Assembly: GCA_965197925.1 (NCBI GenBank)
Contig: CBDAOC010000020.1
Coordinates: forward strand, 192,001 to 256,000
Direction: 5' to 3'
DNA length: 64,000 bases
DNA from: Nitrososphaerales archaeon
GTDB taxonomy: Archaea; Thermoproteota; Nitrososphaeria; Nitrososphaerales; UBA213
The notes beneath the pieces are model-generated. The model did no database searches. It saw only the letters and a program-made list of their open reading frames with translations, and was not told where the DNA came from. This document shows, one piece after another, positions 10,030 to 20,585 of the stretch. The position numbers and the translations under genes were made by a program. Position 1 is the stretch's first letter, and every line of letters starts with the position of its first letter.

Positions 10030-10485
10030 TCACTTGTTACTTAACTTTTTGATTAATTCCGGATTACCCTTTATTGCTTTAACAAAATTTTCCAGCTTTT
10101 CCAGTGTATCGGGTTCAAGGTAATGCTCGATGCCTTCAGAATCTCTATTTGCTGTTTCTTCGTCAACACCAAGCATGATAAAAAATTCTGCAAGTATATC
10201 GTGGCGCTGGCGCATTCCTTGCGCTACTTCAATGCCCTTGGATGTAAGGTTTATTCCTTTGTACCTTTCATATACTAAATATCCCGTTTCATCTAGTCTT
10301 TGCATCATTTTTGTGACACTTGGTGAGCTAACGTTAAGGTAATCGCAAATATCGCCAGTAGTAGCATATCCCTTTCTTCCCACTAATTCATAAATTACTT
10401 CTAGATAATCTTCCATCCTTCCTGTTCTTGGACCCTGCTTGGAATGGTGAGCAGTTTTTATCGACTCCAGTCTATTACTTTCCAT
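10030..10485 (-). CDS. DtxR/MntR-family metal-dependent transcriptional regulator
   Basis: MEDYLEVIY, VSSPSVTKM, RHDILAEFF and EGIEH motifs; likely start at MESNRL (10485) rather than the longer ORF that overlaps the next gene. Confidence 0.88.
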   Translation of the reverse strand: MESNRLESIKTAHHSKQGPRTGRMEDYLEVIYELVGRKGYATTGDICDYLNVSSPSVTKMMQRLDETGYLVYERYKGINLTSKGIEVAQGMRQRHDILAEFFIMLGVDEETANRDSEGIEHYLEPDTLEKLENFVKAIKGNPELIKKLSNK

Positions 10486-10591
10486 ATCAATCAGATTTAT
10501 ATTCTCTATCACCGACTTATATTTCAGACGGTCAAGAAAAAAAATAACAATAATAAGAACAATCATAAGAATAATAATTATGTAATGGGTT

Positions 10592-11383
10592 ATGGATGTG
10601 TTAATCAGTCCTAGTGAGTTAAACAAAAAAATACAGGAGCATGATTTGCTTGTTATAGATACAAGATCATGGAAAGAATATACCGCTGGACATTTACATG
10701 GGGCTGTTAATCTAGATCTGTTTGCCTTTCACTGGGCAGATACATCAAAAGGGGGGATGCGAGCATTCAATAAACAAATGGTTAAATTACTATCAAATGT
10801 TGGTGTTTCATATAACAAATTCATTGTATTTTATGATGATGTATCAGGTAAACTTGCTCCTAGAGGAGTGTGGCTGCTTGAGTATTTTTCCCATGAAAAA
10901 GCAGCCATTTTAGATGGTGGAATTAGAAAATGGATTAGAGATGCGTATGAGGTACAGAGGGAACCTGTATCATACAAACCTAGTGATTTTACCCCTAGAA
11001 TTAATGAAGACGTTCTTGCGACATATAGATGTGTTTTGAATAATATGAATAATGATAAAGTTAAGATCGTTGATACTAGAAGTGTTTCTGAATATTCTGG
11101 GGAGTCGGGTAGAGCTGTAATGGCAGGTCATATACCAGGTGCCATAAACGTCAACTGGGAAGAAAATATTACGAATGATGGTATTTTCAAATCAAATAAT
11201 GAACTGGAGCAATTGTATGAAAAAGTTGGTAAAGATGATGAAGTTCTTCTGTATTGTCAAGGAGGGTATAGGGCTGCCAATACCTATCTAGCTTTGAAGA
11301 AATTGGGGTATAAAAAATTACGTGTATATCTAGGCTCTTGGTACGAATGGGGTAACATGCCTGAACTTCCTGTTGAAAGATAA
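10592..11383 (+). CDS. Tandem-domain rhodanese / sulfurtransferase
   Basis: LDGG, GHIPGA, catalytic YCQGGYRA, YLGSWYEW. Confidence 0.93.
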   Translation: MDVLISPSELNKKIQEHDLLVIDTRSWKEYTAGHLHGAVNLDLFAFHWADTSKGGMRAFNKQMVKLLSNVGVSYNKFIVFYDDVSGKLAPRGVWLLEYFSHEKAAILDGGIRKWIRDAYEVQREPVSYKPSDFTPRINEDVLATYRCVLNNMNNDKVKIVDTRSVSEYSGESGRAVMAGHIPGAINVNWEENITNDGIFKSNNELEQLYEKVGKDDEVLLYCQGGYRAANTYLALKKLGYKKLRVYLGSWYEWGNMPELPVER

Positions 11384-11415
11384 TGTAGAAAACAATAGAG
11401 ATTTCTAATCAAAGA

Positions 11416-11787
11416 TTATAGATCCTTATTGTGTCTTAATTCACAGTGCTTTTCTAAACAACTTTTTGAACAAAACTGGGCATTACAATTTTCATCGTAA
11501 CATGGAAGTGGTTCAGTTTCATTAAATATTGCTCCGCAGTAGGTACAAATTGTTTCCAGTTCTGAATAATTGTAGTTCATATATCTGGAATCACAATTAC
11601 GTTTCTCTTTGAACCACAAAACATCTAGCTTGTGCTTCTCCGCATGTGTAAGGACAGCGTCATATGCTTCATAATACCCTTCTGCTCTGAATTGACGTAT
11701 GAACGATTTGCCTTTTCTTCTGAACGATACAATCCATTTTTCTGTCAGAATCATATCCTCGTCATTCTTGATCGCTTTGTTACTCAT
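11416..11787 (-). CDS. Hypothetical protein with a C-terminal Cys-rich (zinc-binding) region
   Basis: 123-aa ORF with CxxC...CxxxxC...FCSKSC...H; GGAGA upstream. Confidence 0.6.
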   Translation of the reverse strand: MSNKAIKNDEDMILTEKWIVSFRRKGKSFIRQFRAEGYYEAYDAVLTHAEKHKLDVLWFKEKRNCDSRYMNYNYSELETICTYCGAIFNETEPLPCYDENCNAQFCSKSCLEKHCELRHNKDL

Positions 11788-11873
11788 GCATCATCTCCTA
11801 ATAACAGATTAATTGAGCTTCTGGAATATATGTTTCTTCTAGGAACTACCATTGGTTCGTGACATGTAATTAA

Positions 11874-12921
11874 GAGCCTATCCTAAAATTCTAGCTGATA
11901 GTTAACGATTGGTAGAAATGATAACATTTAGAATGCAAGAATATTAGTTCATACTGCTAGGTTTAGTTTTCTTACTATTGATTTTATTAGTATTGTAGAT
12001 AGTAGATACTAGAAACAGTTGCATTAACGTGTTTATGACACTACCAATATATCCCTCTACTCTATTAAGCAGTTAGCAAATTCTACTAGCGCCTGATAAT
12101 TTTCCTTCTTCTTCTCGAACCTTACCAATAACTTTCTGAACCTGTTATGCCAAGATGCGGTTCTTTCTACAACCCATCTCTTTGCTTTGTACAAATTCTT
12201 TTTCAACACTTCACCCTTATGACGAATGTGATCCACATATCCCCTTCCTAACTCCATATTTCATACTCTATCTCAGGGAAATCATATCCTATTCATGCAT
12301 ATGTTCTGTTTAACTTTGGGCCTATCAACAACAATGCTATCTATTGTAGGAAAGGCTGATTTCATATCGTGCTTGTTTGCTCCAGTAATTACAGATGAGA
12401 GAGGAATACCTCTTCTATCAACCAGCATGTGACGTTTGGTACCTAGCTTGCCTCTATCCGTTGGGTTTGCTCCGGCCGTTTTCCCCCTAATGGGGCCTTC
12501 AGTAACGCTATCCATGGATTGCCAGTCCCATCCTATACCCTTCAATTCATCATATATTTCCAGCAGCCTCTTCCATACCTTCTTGAATACTCCTATCCCA
12601 ATCCATTCCTGAAATCTTGCGTGGCAAGTTGAGCCAGAACCAAATTCTTTAGATACTTTCTTCCACTGGCATCCAGTTCTTAATACGTACAGTATTCCAT
12701 TCAACACTTTTCTAAATGGCACAGCTGGCCTTCCAACTGTTCTTGCTGGTTTCCCTGGCGGCAGTACTAGTTTGAACTCTACCCATAGATTGTCTGGTAT
12801 ATGCCATATGGTTGGCATGCTCTTTTTCTTTGATTTTCTCACAAATTTAGCTAGAGAGAACAGATCTAGATCTGTTTCGGTATAAACAATTAGGCTATGA
12901 TGTTAATTTTCGGATAAGCTC
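11874..12921 (-). mobile_element. IS5-family element (IS1031-like ends), defective transposase
   Basis: TIRs GAGCCTATCCTAAAATT / GAGCTTATCCGAAAATT with TAA on both sides; GILYVLRTGCQW, DRGKLGTKRH and RWVVERT motifs split over two ORFs. Confidence 0.92.
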
Positions 12922-12924
12922 TAA

Positions 12925-13471
12925 GTAAAAGTGTTGATGATACTTCCCCTTTCTTTGAGTTGCTTTCTGGAGTTCTTCCTTCACTTTCTATCTGACCCTA
13001 ATAGAATAGGAGAATCTAGTACGCTGATTGTTGCTTATCTGCTATTTGTTATTGTAATTATTATAGAATCGATTTGCTTCAACAATGATCTCCTTGAATA
13101 ACTCGATTTGAATCAATCTTTCGGACACTCCATTTACGTAGATTTCTTAACTTCTCTTCCTATCTGAAAGCACGATGCTCATTTTGTAGAACTATGGGTT
13201 CATGTCCACTTTTTTGATGGAAATAGGCGTATAATTTACCAGGCTTATGGAGCATTACTACATTGACGTTTGATTCTACTAGGTATTTTAATGCTTCAGT
13301 AGAAACAGAGTCATTCCATTTGATGATTACATCATCAAATGGACAGGTCCTTACGGGCAGTTCTAAAACATCTCTTTTGTTAGAGAAAGGATCTATTCCT
13401 TGAGAAAATATCAACCTTGTATTCTTCACTTTGATCGAAAGTCCATAACCACGTAAGAACAGGCTTTTCAC
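12925..13471 (-). pseudogene. cas1: Truncated stand-alone Cas1 (casposase-like) remnant
   Basis: LRGYGLSIKVKN..L, PFDDVII...VSTEALKYL...NVNVVML..PG resemble the N-terminus of thaumarchaeal casposase Cas1; similarity continues past the TAG (EEKLRNLRKW..KIDS/QIELFKE); the IS5 lies immediately downstream. Confidence 0.65.
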
Positions 13472-13551
13472 AATAGGATCTAAGGCAATAGTGATCTAAA
13501 GCTTTACGACAGAGCGTCAGATTTCCGTGCGTAAAAGGGGGGATAGTATTT

Positions 13552-15081
13552 TTATTGAGGCTCAATAGTTGCTGGAGGTTTGCTTGAGATAGCATAGGTG
13601 ACCCAGGTCACACTTTCAATTTCGTTACTTATCCTGTTAGATATCTTTTCAAGCAATTCATATGGCAGTCTAGTCCAATCTGCTGTCATAGCGTCAACAG
13701 ACTCTACAACCTTTACAGTGACAATGCTGCCATGTACCCTCTCGTCGCCCAGAACTCCAACCGCTTTGTCATCTCCAACCACTGCAAACGCCTGCCATAT
13801 CTTGTCATACATTTTCGACTTTAAAAGTTCATCTTCAACTATTTTACTGGCTTTTTTACATATATCGATCTTTTCTCTTGTAATTTGCCCAATTATTCGT
13901 ACTGCGAGTCCAGGGCCTGGGAAGGGATGGCGCTTGATCAAGCTTTCAGGTATATCCACTAGTTTACCAACTTCCTTTACCTCATCTTTGTACAAACTAC
14001 GTAACGGTTCTATCACTCTAAAGTTCAGGTCTTTAGGAAGTCCAGCCACGTTGTGGTGTGTTTTTATTAACGAAGCTGGCCCCTTGGAAACGCCGCTCTC
14101 TATCACATCAGGGTAAAGGGTGCCTTGTGCTAACCACTGGACAAGTCTATGTTCATTCGCAACCTCTTCAAATATCCTCCCAAACTCCTCACCAATTATA
14201 ATACGCTTCCTTTCTGGATCAGTTACACCTTTTAATTTCTTTAGAAATCTTTCCTCAGCATCAACATAAATTAGATTGATACCAAAATTATCCTTGAATA
14301 TTTTGATTACTTCCTCCACTTCACCTTCTCTAAGTAACCCATGATTCACAAATACACATAACAGCTTATCTCCAATTGCTTTATGGACTAACAAAGCAGT
14401 AACTGTGGAATCAATACCACCACTAGTAGCACATATAATCGTCTCACTTCCTATCTTTTGCTTAATCTCAGTAACTATTCTATTTACGAAGTCTTTCATA
14501 TCCCATTCTTGTTTTGCCCCGCAAATTTTCAACACAAAATTCTTCAAGACCGCCATTCCTCTTTCCGTATGTGCTACTTCAGGGTGGAATTGTATACCAA
14601 AGATGTTTCTTTCTTTATTGACTATTGCAGCAGCAAATGAACTGCTAGTATGAGCAATGCTTTTGAAGCCATTTGGAAGCTGTTCAGTAGCGTCACCATG
14701 GCTCATCCAGCACCTAATTGTAGAATCTAATCCATTGAAAAGATCTGAAGGATCATCGATTATCAATTCAGCGCTACCATATTCTCTATTTGCCCTTTTG
14801 ATTTTGCCTCCAAATGAATGCACAAGCGTCTGGTGTCCGTAGCATATGCCGAGTATGGGTTTGTCCAGTTCTAATATCCACTTATCACAGATTGGCGCAT
14901 TTTCTTCGTAAACACTTGCAGGTCCTCCAGAGAATATTATTCCCTTTGGTTCCATCAGTTCAAGTGCCTCTGAAGATATATTATATGGAACAAGTTCCGC
15001 GTAGACATTGAATTCCCTTATTCTTCTACAGATCAAGTGTGAGTATTGGGAACCGAAATCTAGAACCACAATTTTATCCAT
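13552..15081 (-). CDS. guaA: GMP synthase (glutamine-hydrolysing)
   Basis: VLDFGSQY, GICYG, QFHPEV, SGGIDS, HPFPGPGL, KPPATIE. Confidence 0.97.
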   Translation of the reverse strand: MDKIVVLDFGSQYSHLICRRIREFNVYAELVPYNISSEALELMEPKGIIFSGGPASVYEENAPICDKWILELDKPILGICYGHQTLVHSFGGKIKRANREYGSAELIIDDPSDLFNGLDSTIRCWMSHGDATEQLPNGFKSIAHTSSSFAAAIVNKERNIFGIQFHPEVAHTERGMAVLKNFVLKICGAKQEWDMKDFVNRIVTEIKQKIGSETIICATSGGIDSTVTALLVHKAIGDKLLCVFVNHGLLREGEVEEVIKIFKDNFGINLIYVDAEERFLKKLKGVTDPERKRIIIGEEFGRIFEEVANEHRLVQWLAQGTLYPDVIESGVSKGPASLIKTHHNVAGLPKDLNFRVIEPLRSLYKDEVKEVGKLVDIPESLIKRHPFPGPGLAVRIIGQITREKIDICKKASKIVEDELLKSKMYDKIWQAFAVVGDDKAVGVLGDERVHGSIVTVKVVESVDAMTADWTRLPYELLEKISNRISNEIESVTWVTYAISSKPPATIEPQ

Positions 15082-15086
15082 GACAC

Positions 15087-15638
15087 TTACCCTGTTTTTT
15101 CATGCATCCTTGCAAGTACCCATGCAGCAGTGTTAATAATCTCGTCTAATCTTTCCTTATTCCCGTAATTATTTATCATGATCCTTTGTATCATACCATC
15201 TTCATCATCAATGTAATAATCAATGATCTCACTTTGTTGTAACTCTCCACGCTCAACACGTTCCATATCTTTATCTTTCATTCCCTCGAGTATTCTTTTT
15301 AAGAAGAATGATTGGAACGGAGGAGTGTTAACATTGAATTTCATATCACTTGTAGGTACGATGGCAACTGAATGCGTTGCTGGGTAAGCATTTGCAAGTA
15401 TCATGTTATTTTTACTCTTCAATTGTCTCATATCCGAGGTTTCATATTCCTCTCCCACCTGACGGCTCAGCGCAACTGCTGGTTTGAAACTGACATCTTT
15501 GAGAGTATTATCTATTACAATCAATGTCATCTTTAGTCTCTCAACCTCATCTTCCTTTTCGTTGATCTGTTTAACAAGCCACTCTCTTACTTCTGCTAAA
15601 CGCTTGACTCTATCCTCGGAATAATTCACAGTTTTCAT
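15087..15638 (-). CDS. Conserved hypothetical protein with an N-terminal coiled coil, upstream of guaA
   Basis: Coding-like from MKTVNYSEDR onward; stop 5 nt before the guaA ATG; the ORF-track 5' extension looks non-coding. Confidence 0.7.
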   Translation of the reverse strand: MKTVNYSEDRVKRLAEVREWLVKQINEKEDEVERLKMTLIVIDNTLKDVSFKPAVALSRQVGEEYETSDMRQLKSKNNMILANAYPATHSVAIVPTSDMKFNVNTPPFQSFFLKRILEGMKDKDMERVERGELQQSEIIDYYIDDEDGMIQRIMINNYGNKERLDEIINTAAWVLARMHEKTG

Positions 15639-16479
15639 AAAGTAATCTTGTATAATAAATTTAATCGGGTACAAGTTATCGTCAATGGATAGGATTATTG
15701 TAGACTTTGGTAGTGTGAGAATGTAAAATGCTGAGCCTGCAAATCGATTTGGTTTGTATCCCCTCCTCAAAACTATGATATCCTGTGTAGAGATATCAAC
15801 ATCAAAGTAACTAAGATCATACTTCCTTGGGAAAGACATCTTTCTAGAAGGAATATAATATGTATCTACCTTACCTCGTTAAAGAGTTAATATTATTATT
15901 TTCTAGAGTAGAACGTTTTGATTACTTTTTTTAGTTAATTATATATGGTCATTAGGTAGGGGTAATGGTATAAGGAAATTACTAGTTTTACTATGATATA
16001 CTATAGGGTACCCAATAAATAAAATAAAGATAAAACAAGTAATCAGAGACAGTAGCATGGTTGGGCGGTTTTTGAGGGTATTACCTATTGCCGCTAAAAG
16101 TGCCATTCAAAAGACGATACCTATTGGGCTAGACTAACATTACATATGATTTTAGGTATCGAATCTAAAATGATGGAAGCTAATTGAGAGGTTGTTGAAG
16201 TAAGATGATTAAATTGACCAGGAGATCGTGGGAAAGATGATTTTAGCAACCAATAGATCGAAGAAAAGGTGAATGCCACGAAAGGGGTTGTCCTCAATAT
16301 TAAATATATGAATAGTAGGTTTATTGGTAAGAAATCTATATGTGAAGAACTAGAAGTCCAATTTATAACGAAATGAAAACAAAACCTTGAATTCAAATAT
16401 AATTGAAAACAGGAGAAAAAAAATAATAAATACAAACAGAGTGTCTAGAGTTCTGGTGATTATCCTACTCACATCGAAA

Positions 16480-17232
16480 TTAGTTCACTTTATCCAGAAT
16501 CTCGATATTGTTTAATGTTATATTCTCGAATCCTATTAATGTGTTGGGTGATATATTGTATAAACGTGCTTTTGAAAATGTTGCCAGCCACTCTAACAAT
16601 TCACGCCCAACATCCATCTTTGTAACCTTTAGTTTTGTATCACCTATTTTTGTTTTTGAGAATTTGCCAATCTTATTTCCAAAGTCCATCCCTATTAATA
16701 CAATATTCATTGCATTGAATTCGCTTGCCAAAAATACTGCACGATCACCATCTGTGAAACCACCAAAGTTATATATTTGATGTAAGGGTTTTACCTGAGT
16801 TGTTCCTATACATCGTTTCATCTTTGGAACCAAATTTCTCAATAGATGCACATTATCTCCATGTGCATGTATGATCATTATAGAGCCCAAGTTATCAGCT
16901 TTTAGCAGATGTTCATGACTTCCGTCCAGATCGGTTACGACTATATCTGGTTTAATATCATTCTCAATAAGCGCCTCTAACGCACTATCGGCAGCTATTA
17001 TGATAAAAGATCTTAGATTCTTAATAGTTTCAATTCCATTTTCTAACGATGGACCAGATCCGACGACTAGAACATTTTTACCCGCAACTAATTCCTTCAA
17101 AATATGTGGGTCAAGACTCTTACTTTCTAATATCTCACTCAATAACTGGGCCGAGCTTTGATCTTCTACAATACTATAGCCAAATTTTGATCGTATCTTG
17201 TCATACCATCGTAGCCATAAATCTACCTGCAT
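16480..17232 (-). CDS. mptE: 6-hydroxymethyl-7,8-dihydropterin pyrophosphokinase (MptE-like)
   Basis: VGSGPSL, VTDLDG, HAHGDN and NFGGFTDGDRA motifs; divergent from folP. Confidence 0.88.
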   Translation of the reverse strand: MQVDLWLRWYDKIRSKFGYSIVEDQSSAQLLSEILESKSLDPHILKELVAGKNVLVVGSGPSLENGIETIKNLRSFIIIAADSALEALIENDIKPDIVVTDLDGSHEHLLKADNLGSIMIIHAHGDNVHLLRNLVPKMKRCIGTTQVKPLHQIYNFGGFTDGDRAVFLASEFNAMNIVLIGMDFGNKIGKFSKTKIGDTKLKVTKMDVGRELLEWLATFSKARLYNISPNTLIGFENITLNNIEILDKVN

Positions 17233-17507
17233 TTTACGTGATCTACTATTGCTACCAAATAAACTTCTTTACTATACACAATAAATCTATAGGGAACTAA
17301 TAGGAAATGGAACTAGTAAACCTAGATAAAATGAGCTATAGTTAAAGTTTGGCAAATCTGGAACATTTAAATTTTGGATGGTAATGATTTGAATTAGTTT
17401 CTAAAGTACAGATGAAGGGTTGATAAAGAATCGTAAAAAATATCACAAATTTCAAACCCACTGAAGAAATAGCACCGATAATATTACCATATTATCAACG
17501 ATAAGCA

Positions 17508-18371
17508 ATGAAACAATGCTTCCTCGGAAGAGTTCCGATTGATAGGTTAAGAATAATGGGTGTGATCAATGTTAGCCCAGAATCCTTCTACAAAAAGTCC
17601 ATCAAAGTTTCCGCGAAGGAGATTACTAAAACTGCATCTGAAATTGAGGAGCAAGGTGCTGACTTCATAGATATAGGGGCGATGTCCACTGCCCCCTACC
17701 TCAAGACGATGATATCACAAGAAAATGAAATTGAAAGAATCAAGGTTGCAGTACGAGCCACGTTAGATGCATGTAATTTACCCATTTCTGTGGATACGCC
17801 TCGAGCGGCAACAGCAGATACCGCACTTGGTCTTGGGTCTACAATAGTGAATGACGTGACTGGCTTGAAATTTGATGACAACATGTCTAAAATCATTCAT
17901 GACAACGATGCCTCTGTGATACTTTGTGCATACGAAAAATCTATCGTATCAAGAGATGTGGTAAAAGTTACAATAAACACTCTAGAAAGGAGCATACACT
18001 TGGCAAGGGATGCTAACATAGGATCAAGGAAGATTGTTATAGATCCTTCAATTGGTTTTTTCCGGAAGAAGGGTAGTCATCCATTCTTTACTAGAATGTC
18101 AGGGAGTAATTGGTTCGATAGAGATCTAATTTTAATAACTATGTTAAAACGCTTGCACACTCTTCATAAACCCATTTGCATCTCTGTGTCAAGAAAGTCC
18201 TTCATAGGCAAGATTCTAAATCTAAAGAATCCTGATGATAGATTGATCGGATCAGTTACAGCTGAAGCCATCTGTGTTCTTAATGGAGCAAATATAATCA
18301 GGACACATAATGTGAATGAGACCAAACATGCCGTCAAAATAGCACAGTCTTTGTTAGAACATTCAAGATAG
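17508..18371 (+). CDS. folP: Dihydropteroate synthase
   Basis: MGVINVSPESF, IDIGAMST, ISVDT, NDVTG, SRKSFIG, IRTHNV. Confidence 0.92.
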   Translation: MKQCFLGRVPIDRLRIMGVINVSPESFYKKSIKVSAKEITKTASEIEEQGADFIDIGAMSTAPYLKTMISQENEIERIKVAVRATLDACNLPISVDTPRAATADTALGLGSTIVNDVTGLKFDDNMSKIIHDNDASVILCAYEKSIVSRDVVKVTINTLERSIHLARDANIGSRKIVIDPSIGFFRKKGSHPFFTRMSGSNWFDRDLILITMLKRLHTLHKPICISVSRKSFIGKILNLKNPDDRLIGSVTAEAICVLNGANIIRTHNVNETKHAVKIAQSLLEHSR

Positions 18372-18722
18372 ATTTCCAAAAACTATTAAGATTTCAAATT
18401 GTATTTGATTAATACCAAATTGAAACAAAGACGTCTAAATAATTGTTTTCAGTATTATATAATCAATTGTATTTGTTGGAAGTATAGAAAGGTGTGAAAG
18501 GTCTTTGTTAAAAGGAAATTATTAAATAAGAATACTTTAAACTTTGGAACTCAAAATATAGTTTTACTCAGCATTTTGAGAATATTATTTAGAATTAGAT
18601 TTGAATTTCAAGATTGTCAAGATTGTATCAAGATTTACCTGCTATCATTGAGAATGCACCAAATTTAATTGATCTCAGGATAGATTATAGTTGTTACTTC
18701 TGATTTGTTTGTAAGTAACTTA

Positions 18723-19779
18723 GAGCTTATCCGAAAATTAACATCATAGCCTAATTGTTTATACCGAAACAGATCCAGATCTGTCCTCTCTAGCTAAATT
18801 TGTGAGAAAATCAAAGAAAAAGAGCATGCCAACCATATGGCATATACCAGACAATCTATGGGTAGAGTTCAAACTAGTACTGCCGCCAGGGAAACCAGCA
18901 AGAACAGTTGGAAGGCCAGCTGTGCCATTTAGAAAAGTATTGAATGGAATACTGTACGTATTAAGAACTGGATGCCAGTGGAAGAAAGTATCTAAAGAAT
19001 TTGGTTCTGGCTCAACTTGCCATGCAAGATTTCAGGAATGGATTGGGATAGGAGTATTCAAGAAGGTATGGAAGAGGCTGCTGGAAATATATGATGAATT
19101 GAAGGGTATAGGATGGGACTGGCAATCCATGGATAGCGTTACTGAAGGCCCCATTAGGGGGAAAACGACCGGAGCAAACCCAACGGATAGAGGCAAGCTA
19201 GGTACCAAACGTCACATGCTGGTTGATAGAAGAGGAGTACCTCTCTCATCTGTAATTACTGGAGCAAATAAACACGATATGAAATCAGCCTTTCCTACAA
19301 TAGATAGCATTGTTGTTGATAGGCCCAAAGTTAAACAGAACATATGCATGAATAGGATATGATTTTCCAGAGATAGAGTATGGAGTATGAAATATGGAGT
19401 TAGGAAGGGGATATGTGGATCACATTCGTCATAAGGGTGAAGTGTTGAAAAAGAATTTATACAAAGCAAAGAGATGGGTTGTAGAAAGAACCGCATCTTG
19501 GCATAACAGGTTCAGAAAGTTATTGGTAAGGTTCGAGAAGAGAGAGGAAAATTATCAGGCGCTAGTAGAATTTGCTAACTGCCTAATAATATACAGAGCG
19601 ATATATTGGTAGTGTCATAAACACGTTAATGCAACTGTTTCTAGTATCTACTATCTACAATACTAATAAAATCAATAGTAAGAAAACTAAACCTGACAGT
19701 ATGAACTAATATTCTTGCATTCTAAATGTTATCATTTCTACCAATCATTAACTATCAGCTAGAATTTTAGGATAGGCTC
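18723..19779 (+). mobile_element. IS5-family element, near-identical inverted copy of 11874-12921
   Basis: Same TIRs, TTA on both sides, same split transposase; 9 bp longer than the first copy. Confidence 0.92.
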
Positions 19780-20042
19780 TTAGCTAAACGTCCTGTACAA
19801 ATGATGAATGTTTAATATTATGTGGAGTGTTGCAATATCCAAATTTCATCACAATGAAGATTTCTGAGTCTGGATTTAACTCGATGTTTTCACATAAATT
19901 TCAAAGCCTTTATTACCTTCAATTTGTTGATTTAACCCTGATCTTGGAGTACGGCTTGTCAAGAGGAATTATAAAGTCAATCATAATTCCCATCCAAATT
20001 CATCCATCTTAGAAAGTGTGATAAGGAGATGAAATTTAGGGA

Positions 20043-20585
20043 TTGCATAAAAAATTATTAGAAATTGAATCTTATCCCCCTTCTGAGGATACGTTTTTTT
20101 TGGCTGACTATATTAAAAATGCAAAAGGCCGATCTGCATTAGAAGTTGGTACTGGTTCTGGTTATTTGGCTGATCTATTAGCAAAATCATTTTCTTTTGT
20201 CGTAGCTACCGATATAAATTTCAATTTCTTAAAAAAACAAAACTACTATACGTTCAATAATATTTGCTGTAACGGAGCTGATTCCCTAAACTATCAGTTT
20301 GACCTTGTAATTTGCAATATGCCCTATCTAAATACTGATGAAATATTGGACGTCAGAACAGACGGTGGAAAAGAAGGATTAGAAATTCCGATGAATATTA
20401 TCAACTCAGTTAAATCACGAATAAAACTAGATGGGAAATTAATCTATATCACTTCGTCACTCTCTAATTATAAAAAATTAATTGCCTTTACCGAACTTGA
20501 AGGTTTCAATGTAAGTATTGGTGCAAGAAAGAAATTGTTTTTTGAAGATTTGATACTTGTTGACGCAACCAGATTAGATTCTTAA
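20043..20585 (+). CDS. HemK2/MTQ2-like SAM-dependent methyltransferase
   Basis: YPPSEDTF, LEVGTGSG, NMPY, DGGKEG, FFEDL. Confidence 0.8.
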   Translation: MHKKLLEIESYPPSEDTFFLADYIKNAKGRSALEVGTGSGYLADLLAKSFSFVVATDINFNFLKKQNYYTFNNICCNGADSLNYQFDLVICNMPYLNTDEILDVRTDGGKEGLEIPMNIINSVKSRIKLDGKLIYITSSLSNYKKLIAFTELEGFNVSIGARKKLFFEDLILVDATRLDS

